This document shows positions 11,640 through 22,307 of a DNA stretch of 64,000 nt, in pieces. Where the stretch lies: assembly GCA_951406725.2 (NCBI GenBank), contig OX597815.1:161076001-161140000 (forward strand). Direction: 5' to 3'. The translations under genes were made by a program, and so were the position numbers. Within the stretch, counting starts at the first letter, position 1, and every line of letters begins with the position of its first letter. The stretch comes from Octopus vulgaris. Its lineage: Eukaryota. The notes below the pieces were generated by a model. That model was not told where the DNA came from and searched no databases. It saw only the letters and a program-made list of their open reading frames with translations.

Positions 11640-12407
11640 TACTCTTTACTCTTTTACTTGTTTCAGTCATTTGACTGTGGCCATGCTGGAGCACCGCCTT
11701 TAGTCAAGCAAATCGACCCCAGGACATATTCTTTGTAAGCCTAGTACTTATTCTATTGGTCTCTTTTGCTGAACCGCTAAGTTACAGGGACATAAGCACA
11801 CAAGCATCGGTCAAGCGATGTTGGGGGAACAAACACAGACACACATATATACACTTGCGTCAGAAATTAATTAGCACTTCTCAAATTTCTACATTAAATA
11901 GGTTAAATCAATTAACCTTATGAGCTGTTCAAAACGTCTTACACGATGAGAAAACTTAGTATGGTGTGATTTCGGTCCTTGCGAGGCGCTACCTATATCT
12001 ATTAAAAAAAGGAAGATTTGTCTGCATCCGCACTCCAAGTTGCTGCACTGCTATGTCAACATCATAAGGCTGTAGACTCTCAAACTGCTCTGCAAACAAA
12101 GTTACGTCATCGTTCTGCACAACAGTGAACTCGCAACAAAGCAATAGTTCGAGATATGGCCACTAGGTGACAGCACATACCTTGAGTGAAGAGCAAATCA
12201 AGGGTGCTAATTAATTTCTGACGGTAGTGTACATATATACGACGGGCTTCTTTCAGTCTCCGTCTACCAAATCCACTCACAAGGCTTTGGTCATCCCGAG
12301 GCTATAGTAGAAGACACTTGCCCAAGGTGTCACACTGCAGTGGGACTGAACCCCCTAACCATGTTGTTGGTAAGCAAGCTATTTACCACACAGCCACTCC
12401 TGCGCCG
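11640..12407 (-). mobile_element. Family A SINE interrupted by a MITE
   Basis: Tail 11640-11850 and head 12232-12407 are collinear with intact copies. Confidence 0.85.
11852..12229. mobile_element. Tc1/mariner-type MITE (378 nt) with TA target duplication
   Basis: 26-nt TIRs CACTTGCGTCAGAAATTAATTAGCAC / GTGCTAATTAATTTCTGACGGTAGTG (2 mismatches), TA on both sides. Confidence 0.9.
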
Positions 12408-12859
12408 ATGTATACAACAAAACAACTTTAGAGGATCAAAATCTCCATGTTAAATTCATCAGGATTTGAAAGGACAGTGAAGATGTTTGAATGTTTGCCA
12501 GTACATGTTTACACTATACACTACATCATTGTGCATTCTGGAAATTTTGATACACCTATTTCAAGAGGTGAATGCAAGGTGAGAATTTACAGAATTTCTA
12601 TCTACACTCATGACTATACACACAAGACTATATATCTGCACTCAATATTATATAGAGAAGATTACATACCTTTATCCAAAATAATATGCACGAGATAATG
12701 TACCTTATTTTCTAGCATTGAGATTGAATTTTTCACACCAAAACTTACAGCCAAAAATGATAGGCCAATTTATACATCAAGACGACTTTTGGGGGACCAA
12801 AAGTTCCATGTTATGCAGCAAGATTTGGAAAGAATATGAAGATTTGGAAAAAAATATGA

Positions 12860-13098
12860 AGGCGGCGAGCTGGCAGAAAATATGAAGGCGGCGAGCTGGC
12901 AAAATACTTAGTGATATTTTGTCTGCCGCTACGTTCTGATTTCAAATTCTGCCAAGGCCAACTTTGCCTTTCATCCTTTCGGGGTCGATAAATTAAGTAC
13001 CAGTTATGCACTGGGGTCGATATAATCGACTTAATCCGTTTGTCTGTCCTTCTTTGTCCCCTCTATGTTTAGCCCCTTGTGGGCAATAAAGAAATAAG
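12860..13098 (+). mobile_element. Family B SINE (monomer) with duplicated 5' end and a TSD-like GAT(T/G)TGGAAAGAATATGA
   Basis: Flanking repeat before the head and after the tail; head GGCGGCGAGCTGGCA occurs twice. Confidence 0.85.
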
Positions 13099-13250
13099 AT
13101 GTGGAAAGAATATGATGATGTTTAAATGTTTACATTGACTTGTATGCCAGAAAATACTGTAGCTTTCTAAACTTAATCTCTTTATTCTCTTGTAATCATG
13201 ATATTGACTCATGACAAAGCATGTTGGTATAGTGGTTTCACCTAAGGTGG

Positions 13251-13453
13251 TTCCCCAAGAGAGTAGTACAATTTCTATCATAAGTAAGGATGCTGTTGAT
13301 TTTTCTTTAAGAAGTTTAAATAACAGGAATCATTATTAATGGATAATTTTTACATTAATAATGATCCCTATTATCTCAGCCTTCTTTATCAAAAGAAAAA
13401 AAATCAACTGCATCCTTACTAAACAGGCTAGAAATTTCACCACTCTTGATGAA
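13251..13453. repeat. Imperfect palindrome of about 200 nt (fold-back)
   Basis: CATTATTAATG/CATTAATAATG around an 11-nt loop; AGTAAGGATGCTGTTGATTTTT pairs with AAAAATCAACTGCATCCTTACT; outer arms also complementary. Confidence 0.85.
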
Positions 13454-14159
13454 TAAGAATCTTTATTTGCATTAATTCCTTTTAAAAGATCAGTTAAGCA
13501 CATATTCTTCTAAGTAGGTCTATTCTTTTTTTATACCCTTTAGGAAGTTAACACCCCAGGGCATTCCCATGTAATTTTCAAATGCAGAGATCAATATGTT
13601 CAAGCATTATGAACTGGGTTTGAATATACTGGGGGCCTTCAGCTGTATGCCCTAGCGAATAATATATGTTTCTTATGTATTTTTACATGTTGAATTCAAT
13701 AAATTTTCTGAATTTCATTGACAGTCATGAGTCTCTTTCTGCAACATACATGCTTATCAATAATTATAAAGAGAAAAAATGAAAATGGCCAGTTATCAAA
13801 ACCAATTAATTCGCCAAATGTTGATACTAATTAATTGACAAAGTGGCCAACTTGGCTAATTATCTGCCAATTAATCAGTGCAGTCCTCACACACACACAC
13901 ATGCACAGACTCACACACACATGCATGCATGCACACAAACACACTGGAGCTCTGCAGTTTCATATATCACTCACAGAGTACTGAGCAAACAAAGATTATT
14001 GTATAAGATGCTTATTGATGTGTCACATAGTTGGATGGGAGCTGAGACTGTGCGATTGCAAGCAAATATCTAAGCCACACAACTAAGTCTGCACTGATAG
14101 TTGTTTCCATGATTTGTAAATTGCTACAAGACAGTATACTTAATTTCTAGGGAACTTTA

Positions 14160-14543
14160 TACTCTTTGCTCTTTTACTTGTTTCAGTCATTTGACTGTGG
14201 CCATGCTGGAGCACCGCCTCTAGTCGAGCAAATCGACCCCAGGGCTTATTCTTTGTAAGCTTAGTACTTATTCTATCGGTCTCTTTTGCCAAACCACTAA
14301 GTTACAGGGACATAAACACACCAGCATCGGTTGTCAAGCAATGTTGGGGAGACAAACACAGACACACAAACATATACACACACATGCATATATATATACA
14401 TACATACGATGGGCTTCTTTCAGTTTCCGTCTACCAAATCTACTCACAAGGCTTTGGTTGGCCTGAGGCTATAGTAGAAGACACTTACCCAGGACCATGT
14501 GGTTGGTAAGAAAGCTACTTACCACACAGCCACTCCTACGCCT
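14160..14543 (-). mobile_element. Family A SINE
   Basis: Matches the consensus. Confidence 0.85.
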
Positions 14544-14744
14544 GTGTATAATTTATTTACAGGTTCTGGTATGGCTGTGTTATAAGAAGTTTGCTATCTA
14601 TCCACATGGATCTGGGTTCATACCTATTGTGTGGATCCTTGGACAAGTGATTTCTACAATAGCTTTGAGCTCACCAAAGCCTTGTGAGTGATTTAGTAGA
14701 CATAAACTGAAAGGAACCTGTTATAGGCATACATACATATATGT

Positions 14745-15160
14745 ATTCTTTTATTCTTTAACTTGTTTCAGTCATTTGACTGTGGCCATTTTGGAGCGCC
14801 ACCTTTAGTTGAACAAATCGACTCTAGGACTTATTCTTTGTAAGCCTAGTACTTATTCTGTCGGTAACTTTTGCCAAACCACTAAGTTATGGGGTGGTAA
14901 ACACACTAACATCAGTTGTCAAGCAATGGTGGCAGGGACAAACACAGACACTCACACAAATACACACACACACAAGTACACGTACACACACACATACATG
15001 CACACACACACACACACATATGTCAGGTGTCTTTCAGTTTCCATCCAAATTTGCTCACAAGGCTTTGGTAAGCCCAAGACTATAGCAGAAGACACTTGCC
15101 CCAAGTGCCACACAATGGGACCAAACCTTGAACCATGTGGTTGGGAAGCAAGCTCCTTAA
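14745..15160 (-). mobile_element. Family A SINE (degenerate + strand head at 14560-14725 just upstream)
   Basis: Matches the consensus. Confidence 0.8.
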
Positions 15161-15373
15161 TTCATTGTCTACTCATCTTAAAAAATATAGGATAAAGAAT
15201 AATGAAGTACACTTACAAATTCATTTTGCAAGATTTTTGATGAGAAAATGTGTATTGAAACAGATATTGTTATACTTGGGGATGGTCATATTTTGCCAAT
15301 TAAACATGTACACTATATGTTTGGTCTTCACTTTAGTGTTGTTGTTGTCGTCATCATTGTCGCCATTGTTGTT

Positions 15374-15585
15374 AGGCAATGAGCTAGCAGAATTGTTAGC
15401 ACACTGAGTAAAATGTTTATTGGCATATCATCCGTCCTTACATTCTGAGTTCAAATTCTGTTGGAGTTGACTTGCCTTTCATTCTTTCAGGATCAATGAA
15501 ATAAGTACCAATTATGCACTGGGGTTGATGTAATTGACTTGCTCCTTCCCCCAAAATTTCAGGCCTTGTTCCGATTGTAGAAAGG

Positions 15586-15624
<39 letters not shown>

Positions 15625-15836
15625 AATGCAGTGAGCTGGCAAAATTGTTAGTGTGCCAAGCAAAATGCTTAGCGGGTTTTATCTGTCTTTACTTTCTCAG
15701 TTCAAATTTTGCTGAGGCTGACTTGCCTTTCATCCTTTGGGCGTTGATAAAATAAGTATCAGTTGGTCACTGGGTTTGATCTAATCAACTTACCCCCTCC
15801 CCCAAAATTATTGATTTTATGCCAAAATTTGAAACC
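15374..15836 (+). mobile_element. Two family B SINEs head-to-tail, separated by (TAT)n
   Basis: Heads at about 15374 and 15627 with different tails (..GTAGAAAGGATT and ..AAAATTTGAAACC). Confidence 0.8.
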
Positions 15837-16059
15837 TCTTTACTTTTTTTTCGCTTATTTTTCTGTGAAAGTTCTTTCAACACATGGGACAGAGAGCCAT
15901 TAAAATAATCACAGAATGTGTAATAAAAGAACTTTTACAGACAAGTGAATTGAAAATAGCTAGTTCTAAGATTTCTTTAAGAAATGTAAGTAGTAACAAT
16001 ACAGAAAAGCAATGTTTGTTATCACTTAACATGGTTATAGTAGGGCTTCACTCCCCTGC

Positions 16060-16185
16060 TCGCAATATATCGGACACAGGCTGTGTTGTTAACCAGGTGG
16101 AGGAGATGTCCTGCTAGAGTTTAAAAAATGGTAGTAACGTACTTCGTTATGGAACAGCCATGTTGAAGTGGCAACAAAAATTTTA
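16060..16185 (+). mobile_element. Degenerate fragment of the hammerhead-associated Penelope-like repeat
   Basis: CTCCCCTG..GGACACAG..GGTGGAGGAGATGTC..GCCATGTTGAAGTGGCAA matches the copies at 20140, 31690 and 47555. Confidence 0.55.
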
Positions 16186-16736
16186 AATAATTACAATAAA
16201 ACTAAAGTGAAGGTCAAATTTAAAGTATGTGAGTTTAATTCGCAAAAGATGACCATCCTGAAATATAACAATAATGAAGTAGTTCTAAATATACTAATAC
16301 ACTATCCCTCAAAAACATGGATGACCATAATTTGAACTTGTTATTCATACAGCACCTCTTGTTTGTTAGCTGGGGCTATGCAACATCAACAAAAACAGCC
16401 ATCAATGTGATGTAAAATTTATATACATTAAAGGGAATAACAAAAAGAATTTCTTACTTATAAGATTAAAGCTTTTGGAAAGTAGCAAAAATGTTAGACA
16501 AAAACAGTCACTATTTTTTAAACATAGGTTTGAATTATAATGAAATATGTTTGTGTATTCTGGATGAGTTTCTATTTCATTATCCTCTGTCAATTTGGCA
16601 CAATTCAGAAGAAAGTTCTCTGATTCATTGCAGTTTAGAAAGCAGAGACTAATTTAGAATAGAAAGATCTAGAATTATCAATGATTTATTTCATAGGATA
16701 GAAACTAATACTGCTTTAGAAAATGAACAAACTCAC

Positions 16737-16862
16737 TGCTGTATGAGATCCAACATTTTAATGCCACTCTCTATATTTCACAACAATACCTAGTCTGGAT
16801 AGAAGCTTCCTGTATTCAATTACCAGAAGAATCTGGGACAATCTAGCTGCAGTTAGGATACA
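16737..16862 (-). other. Candidate non-coding (UTR or lncRNA) exon, 126 nt
   Basis: Acceptor TTCTATTTTTTGCTTTTAG and donor GCA|GTGAGT flank unique sequence; stops in all three frames. Confidence 0.35.
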
Positions 16863-17474
16863 CTAAAAGCAAAAAATAGAAATTTTAAAATCTTTTTTAA
16901 ATCAAACGTCCAACATATTTCCTATCTCTTGCTTTCTGAATTTCATTGAACTATAAATTGGTCCATTGAATTTTCCCATTAAAACCTTACAGTTTAATGA
17001 AAATGTTATTCAAAAATATTTGTATGGAAAAAAAATAAGATTAAAATAAAAAATAGAACAAAAAGTAAAAAACACAGACAAGCACATTGTAATCAGACTT
17101 CAAATTCACATGGAGCAAAATACTTTTATATCCAAAGTGTAAGCAGACACTGAATGAACCATCAAGTAAAGTCAAAGTACAATTACATGTTATTTATAAA
17201 TATAGAGATTGATAGAAAGGATGACAAATTTACAGATATCAATGTTAAAATACTTTTCTTTTCAATAACTAAAAGTGATAGCAAGTAAAATGTCTGATAC
17301 TAGTAGTTAATCTTTTCTCATAGTGGTGTCAATTCTTAAGCTGCTTCCAGCATTACTGAAGCACTACCTTGAAGTATTTAGCTGATCATATCAAGCCCCA
17401 TACTTACTTCGACCTAGTACATATTTTATCAGTTTTTATTTGACATAAAGTCACACATAGATTATATGTATGTA

Positions 17475-17793
17475 TGACTTTTTCTCGCTGGATTAAGTAT
17501 TCGTCTCTCTTTTTGTCTTCTGCAATTTTATTTTTGGATCACCTATATATATATGAAGAATTTTCCTCCATCTGGCTGTTTTCCTCTCTACAAAACAGAA
17601 AGTTGCATTATGGAACAGTCATTTTAACGAGTTTTTTTTTTATTTATCACCCAATGAGATATGTCTGGACCACTGGATACTCCTGAACCAATTTTTGTGT
17701 GTCCCACAAGAGGAGACGATGCTAGATGTGTCGAAACAATTGTTGTGATTAAAAATATATTCTTGTATATTCCATCTTTTGTCTTCCATTTGT

Positions 17794-17800
<7 letters not shown>
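17475..17800 (+). mobile_element. Probable repeat element ending in (TA)n, with a hammerhead-like fold at 17705-17747
   Basis: CAC AAGAGGA GAC..GTC GAA ACAATTGT T GTG; single copy here, so element status is inferred. Confidence 0.35.
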
Positions 17801-17830
<30 letters not shown>

Positions 17831-17844
17831 GTGTGTGTGTGTAT

Positions 17845-18265
17845 GTAAGTGTGGCTGTATGGTAAGAAGCTTGCTTCCCAACCACGTGATTCTAGGTTCA
17901 GTCCCACTTCATGGCCTTTTGGGCAAGTGTCTTCTACTATAGCCTTGGGCTATCCAAAGCCTTATGAGTGTATTTGGCAGACAGAAAATGAAAGAAGCCT
18001 GTTGTATGTATATATATATATATTTGTGTGTGTGTGTGTGTATCTATGTGTCTTCGTGTCGTGTTTGTCCTCCTATCACCACTTGATAACCAGTGTTGGT
18101 ATGTTTACATCTCTGTAACTTAACACTTCAGCAAAAGAGACCAATAGAGTATGTACCAGGCTTTGAAAAAAAAAGTCCTGGGGTTGATTTGTTCGACTAA
18201 AATCCTTCAAGTTTGTGCTCCAGCATGGTGAGAGTCAATTGACTGAAACCAGTAAAAGAATAAAA
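17845..18265 (+). mobile_element. Family A SINE
   Basis: Matches the consensus. Confidence 0.85.
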
Positions 18266-18359
18266 ACATATATATATACATATACACACACATACATATC
18301 TAATTATATATACACACACACACACACACAGATATATATACTTGTATATATGCATATAT

Positions 18360-18930
18360 GTATCATCATCACCATACGTCCTCTTTTGCATGCTAAAAGT
18401 TTGACAAGAGCAGACAAACCAGAGGGCTCTGCCAGGTTCTCTTGCTGCTTTGGCATGGTTTCTACTGTTGGATACCCTAACACCAACCTCTTAACAGTGA
18501 GTACTGGGTGTTTTTTTTACATGGCACCAGTGCTGGTGAGGTCACCAAGCATCCACAAAAATAACCAATCAATTTAGCAGGGTGTTGACATGAAGAATAA
18601 GAAACAATGTTAGAGGGAGAGGTGCAGGTGTCTTGCTGAAGAAGTGAATACATGTCTTACCTACTTGGAAAGAGAGAGAGAGCAAGAGAGAGACATGAGA
18701 TCTTGGTACAATGTGAATATGGGACAGAATAGGATAGAAGAGCAGAAAAGGTAGATGTGTAGGTAAGTGCACTGAGTGAAAATAGTGTGACAAATGATAA
18801 GAGATAGGGAATGAGTTGGATGCAGAGGATATCAGTTCAGTGTGGGGGAAAGTGAAGAAAATAGAATGAAATAGAAGATTGATGGAAGAGTGGGTGTCAG
18901 AAGGGGATTTATATTTTGCAGTCATATGAT
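18360..18930 (-). mobile_element. Family C/RTE 3' end with a long pyrimidine-rich (minus strand) UTR
   Basis: C-type tail at 18360-18560 followed by a GA-rich + strand tract, as at 22308-23565. Confidence 0.6.
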
Positions 18931-19585
18931 ATAAAACAGGTTACAAAACTTATTGGCAGAATTTGAACTCAGAGTATGAAGAGTTGTATCTGCAAAGGAT
19001 TTATCTACTATACCATTGTTGCCATCTTCCTAACTTCCTTCACTATTTAGATATATGCTCAAGGACTCAAACTGTGTTTGTGGGGGAGCAGTTGATTATA
19101 TCGAACCCAGCATGTGATAAATACTTATTTTATCATCAAATCAAAAAAGGCAAAATGGCAATGTAAACCTCAGACCTTGAGGAACATGGCCAAATATTGC
19201 AAGAATTCACCATTCGTAGATTTTTGAATTCTTCCATTTATTGTTTGCATGCAGTCACATCTTTTGAGTGGCTAGAATAATCATGTATATTATTCTCAGT
19301 ATTTGCAACTTACTTATATTGAATTCAAAGGATGGAAGGCAGTTTTAACTTCAGCAGAAATTGAATTCAAAATATAAAGGGCCATAAAAGTTTTTTTTGT
19401 TTTTTTATCTCTTCTGCTCTAACAAATGTCTGTATCCATGTGTATTTAAAATGTTGCTATCTATGTGTTCAACTATCATTCTGCATCTGTATTTAAGCAT
19501 TTTATATTGCTAAGAGCATCTACATATATAAATGAATACCTACAACCACAAGTAATTGAATGTTTTTGTACAGATTTATTATATA

Positions 19586-19928
19586 CTAGCACTATGACCT
19601 GGCGTTGCATGCATATACAGCTGCGTGCCTGTGCACATACACGCGAGTACTGTCCAAATCTCTGACCAATCACATACAGCTAGCTAGCATTCAATTGGCG
19701 TATCAAGTTTCAGGCATTTTGATTGGGTCTTGGATAGAAAATCCACAAAAAAGTCACTTCTATTGATTTTTTAATGGCTTTGCAGGATGACTGGGGAAAT
19801 GTAAAGATGTGCACGACCACCCTTGGATGGTTTGAAATAACTATAGAAAGTGCGAGCCCTCTAACAGAAAAATTGTGGATTTGTATAAAGGACACACACA
19901 CCGACATTTTGCCGTTTATATATATAGA
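19586..19928 (-). mobile_element. Non-autonomous Helitron
   Basis: Minus strand begins A|TCTATATATATAAACGG and ends ..GCAACGCCAGGTCATAGTGCTAG|T (5' TC, 3' CTAG, A/T target, no TSD); subterminal hairpin is degenerate. Confidence 0.7.
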
Positions 19929-20139
19929 TCAAATGCAGGTGTAGCTGTGTGGTAAGAAGCTTGCCTCCTAACCACATGGTTCTGGGTTCAGTTCCATTGT
20001 ATGTTACTTTGGGTAAGTGTTTTCTACTATAGCTTTGAGCTGACCAACCAAAGCCTTGTGAGTGGATTTGGTAATCAGAAACTGAAAGAAGCCCATGGTG
20101 TGTGTGTATATATATATATATATATATTTATATTTTAAT

Positions 20140-20361
20140 AGTTAACGCCTAGCTAACATGGCAGTCCAGAAAAATAAGATGAATGCTGCTGTTGATTAGC
20201 TCCAAGAGGCCATCACCTCTAACTAGCTAAGTGACACACAAACCTGTGTCCATTATAACCTCCAAACAGGGGAGGTCAGCTACTTCCCCTTGCTGGTCTG
20301 ACATCTACAGACTAGTTCCAGGGTATTTGCCCCTTATCAATGTAGAGCAGCTGAACCAAGC

Positions 20362-20362
<1 letters not shown>
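20140..20362 (-). mobile_element. Penelope-like/retrozyme-like repeat with a hammerhead motif
   Basis: Shares GGACACAG..AGAGGTGATGGCCTCTTGGAGCTAA..CATTCATC..CTGCCATGTTAG with 31690-31830; flanked by TA-rich runs. Confidence 0.7.
20304..20346 (-). ncRNA. Degenerate type-I hammerhead ribozyme (U3-A8 core, A13G)
   Basis: Minus strand TCTACA TTGATAA GGGG-CAAATA-CCCT GGAA CTAG TC TGTAGA: perfect 6-bp stem I, palindromic ACTAGT stem III, GUC site. Confidence 0.65.
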
Positions 20363-20419
<57 letters not shown>

Positions 20420-21359
20420 GTGTGTGTGTGCATCTTTGTGTCTGTGTTTGTCTTCCCATTACTTCTTGACAACTGGTGTTGACATGTTTATGTCCCCCTA
20501 ACTTAATGGTTCAGCAAAGAGACAAATCGAATAGGTGCTAGGCTTTATAATTCCTGAGTGTGATTTGTTGAATATAAAAAAAAACCCCACTTCAAGCTGG
20601 AGCCCCAGCATAGCTACAGTCAAATGAATGAAACCAAGTCAAAGATAACAGATATGAAGCTATATATGTTAATAAATGTAAGTTTATCTGTGTGAATTTA
20701 TGTATGTATATTTGCATGTACATCTAAATTTGTATATAAGTATCAATAGTAGAATGTCTGTCTGTGTTTAGTAATCACAGTTCTTCATAGCTGTTGATAC
20801 AATAAAATACTAAATTAGTACTGTGAAAATTGCTGAACATGCAGGCGATAGTTAAATACTGTTAACTTCTATCCTGCGGAAAATAAAATTTAGATCATAT
20901 CATAACTATTAAATTTTAAACCAATCTCTTTCCAGTAATGAAGATAAGACAAATTTGCTTTCCACTCTGCTGATTAGAGCAGTGATCAATATTTTAACTG
21001 CTTGTTTAGTGTTTATTTTATCTCCATCAGTAAAGTAAAACTATCAGCATCTCAGAAGTATTAATTATTCAGTAAAATTGTTCTCTTCGATAATTTTTCT
21101 GTAATTAAACAATTCCTTATTTCTTTACTTGAGTACAAATTAATTTCCAATGATGAAAAAAAATAAACAGAAATACAAAGAAAAAACAAAAACAAATGAA
21201 CATCATGCTAAAGTAGTATAAAGAATTTCAAGAATACTAATTTGAAATTAGAGATATTCAGGCAATAAAAGAAAGACAAAAGTGTTAATTACTAATTTTT
21301 CTGTGTTTTTGCTTCAATCATCATTTTAATTTTTTTTTTTTTTTTTGTTAGAGTGGTTG

Positions 21360-21630
21360 ATATTGTTATTTAGCTCCAGGTCAACCATGATCAAGCAGAC
21401 TTGTGGTAAAACATGTTCTAAGTGTAACCATTCTGTCATCTTAGGAATATCTAGGACTATACTGATGAATGTATCGTCAACTTTTTTTAAATAGTGGTGT
21501 CTAATTTGGGGAATATTTGATTGATATAATTTGGGGAATATTTGGTTGATAATAGTGATGTTTAATTTGGGGAATATTTGGTTGATATTTCTAGCATTTC
21601 AAGCAACCATGCTGAAGCTTCCTGATTAGT
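21360..21630 (-). mobile_element. Family H older SINE-like repeat with an internal 3x tandem TAATTTGGGGAATATTTG..TTGATA
   Basis: Related copies at 42185-42380, 43310-43770, 53630-53830 and 56365-56935. Confidence 0.6.
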
Positions 21631-22129
21631 TTAGATTTTATGGAGATATAATAGAGCTGAGTCAGAAAAAGGTAAAACACTAAATGTTAAAAGAATATAA
21701 GACTGATCTCAAGGGTAATAGTTTGCTTTCTTTCTGTTGAACTTCTTTTACTAGTGTAAATAATTGGACTGTGACCATGCAGTAGTATTGTCTTTTAGAG
21801 TTTTGTTAGTCAACTATCAGCCATCAGTACTAGTAATTATGTCTTTGGTCTTGTAATAAGGGAAATGCAAATTGGACATTGGCATAATGGAATCTAACTC
21901 TGTACACCAGTACTCAACTGGTACAGATATAATTATACAGAAACACATAAACACACATGCTTGAACATTCACAATCTCTTTCTCTCCCTCACACACACAC
22001 ATACATACAACATAGGTACACCATTTCTCTGCATGCTGGAGAAGGCAATTAAAAGGACAGGCAAAAGGGCAGACATCCATCTATAATACATTGGCTTCAA
22101 AATCTGCCCAACCCAAGCCAGGATGTATA

Positions 22130-22290
22130 AGCACTGAGTCCACTCTGCAGAGTGGTTGATGTTAGGAAGGGCATCCTGCCATAAAAAACCTGCCAAAACA
22201 GACACAGTTGGTCAGTTTTCTACCTGGCCGGCTCCTGTCAAACATCCTACCCATGCATGCATGGAAGATGGACATTAAACAATGAGGATA
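22130..22290 (+). mobile_element. Family C 3' end
   Basis: GAGTGGTTGATGTTAGGAAGGGCATCC..CCCATGCATGCATGGAAGATGGACATTAAAC. Confidence 0.7.
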
Positions 22291-22307
22291 TGTGTGTGTG
22301 TGTGTGT

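Larger units (their letters stand above)
11576..13160 (+). repeat. Second copy of the 6515-6990 unit, interrupted by SINE A (containing a MITE) and SINE B
   Basis: Homology resumes on both sides of each insertion. Confidence 0.7.
19935..20645 (+). mobile_element. Family A SINE interrupted in its microsatellite
   Basis: Head 19935-20100, tail 20415-20645. Confidence 0.8.
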
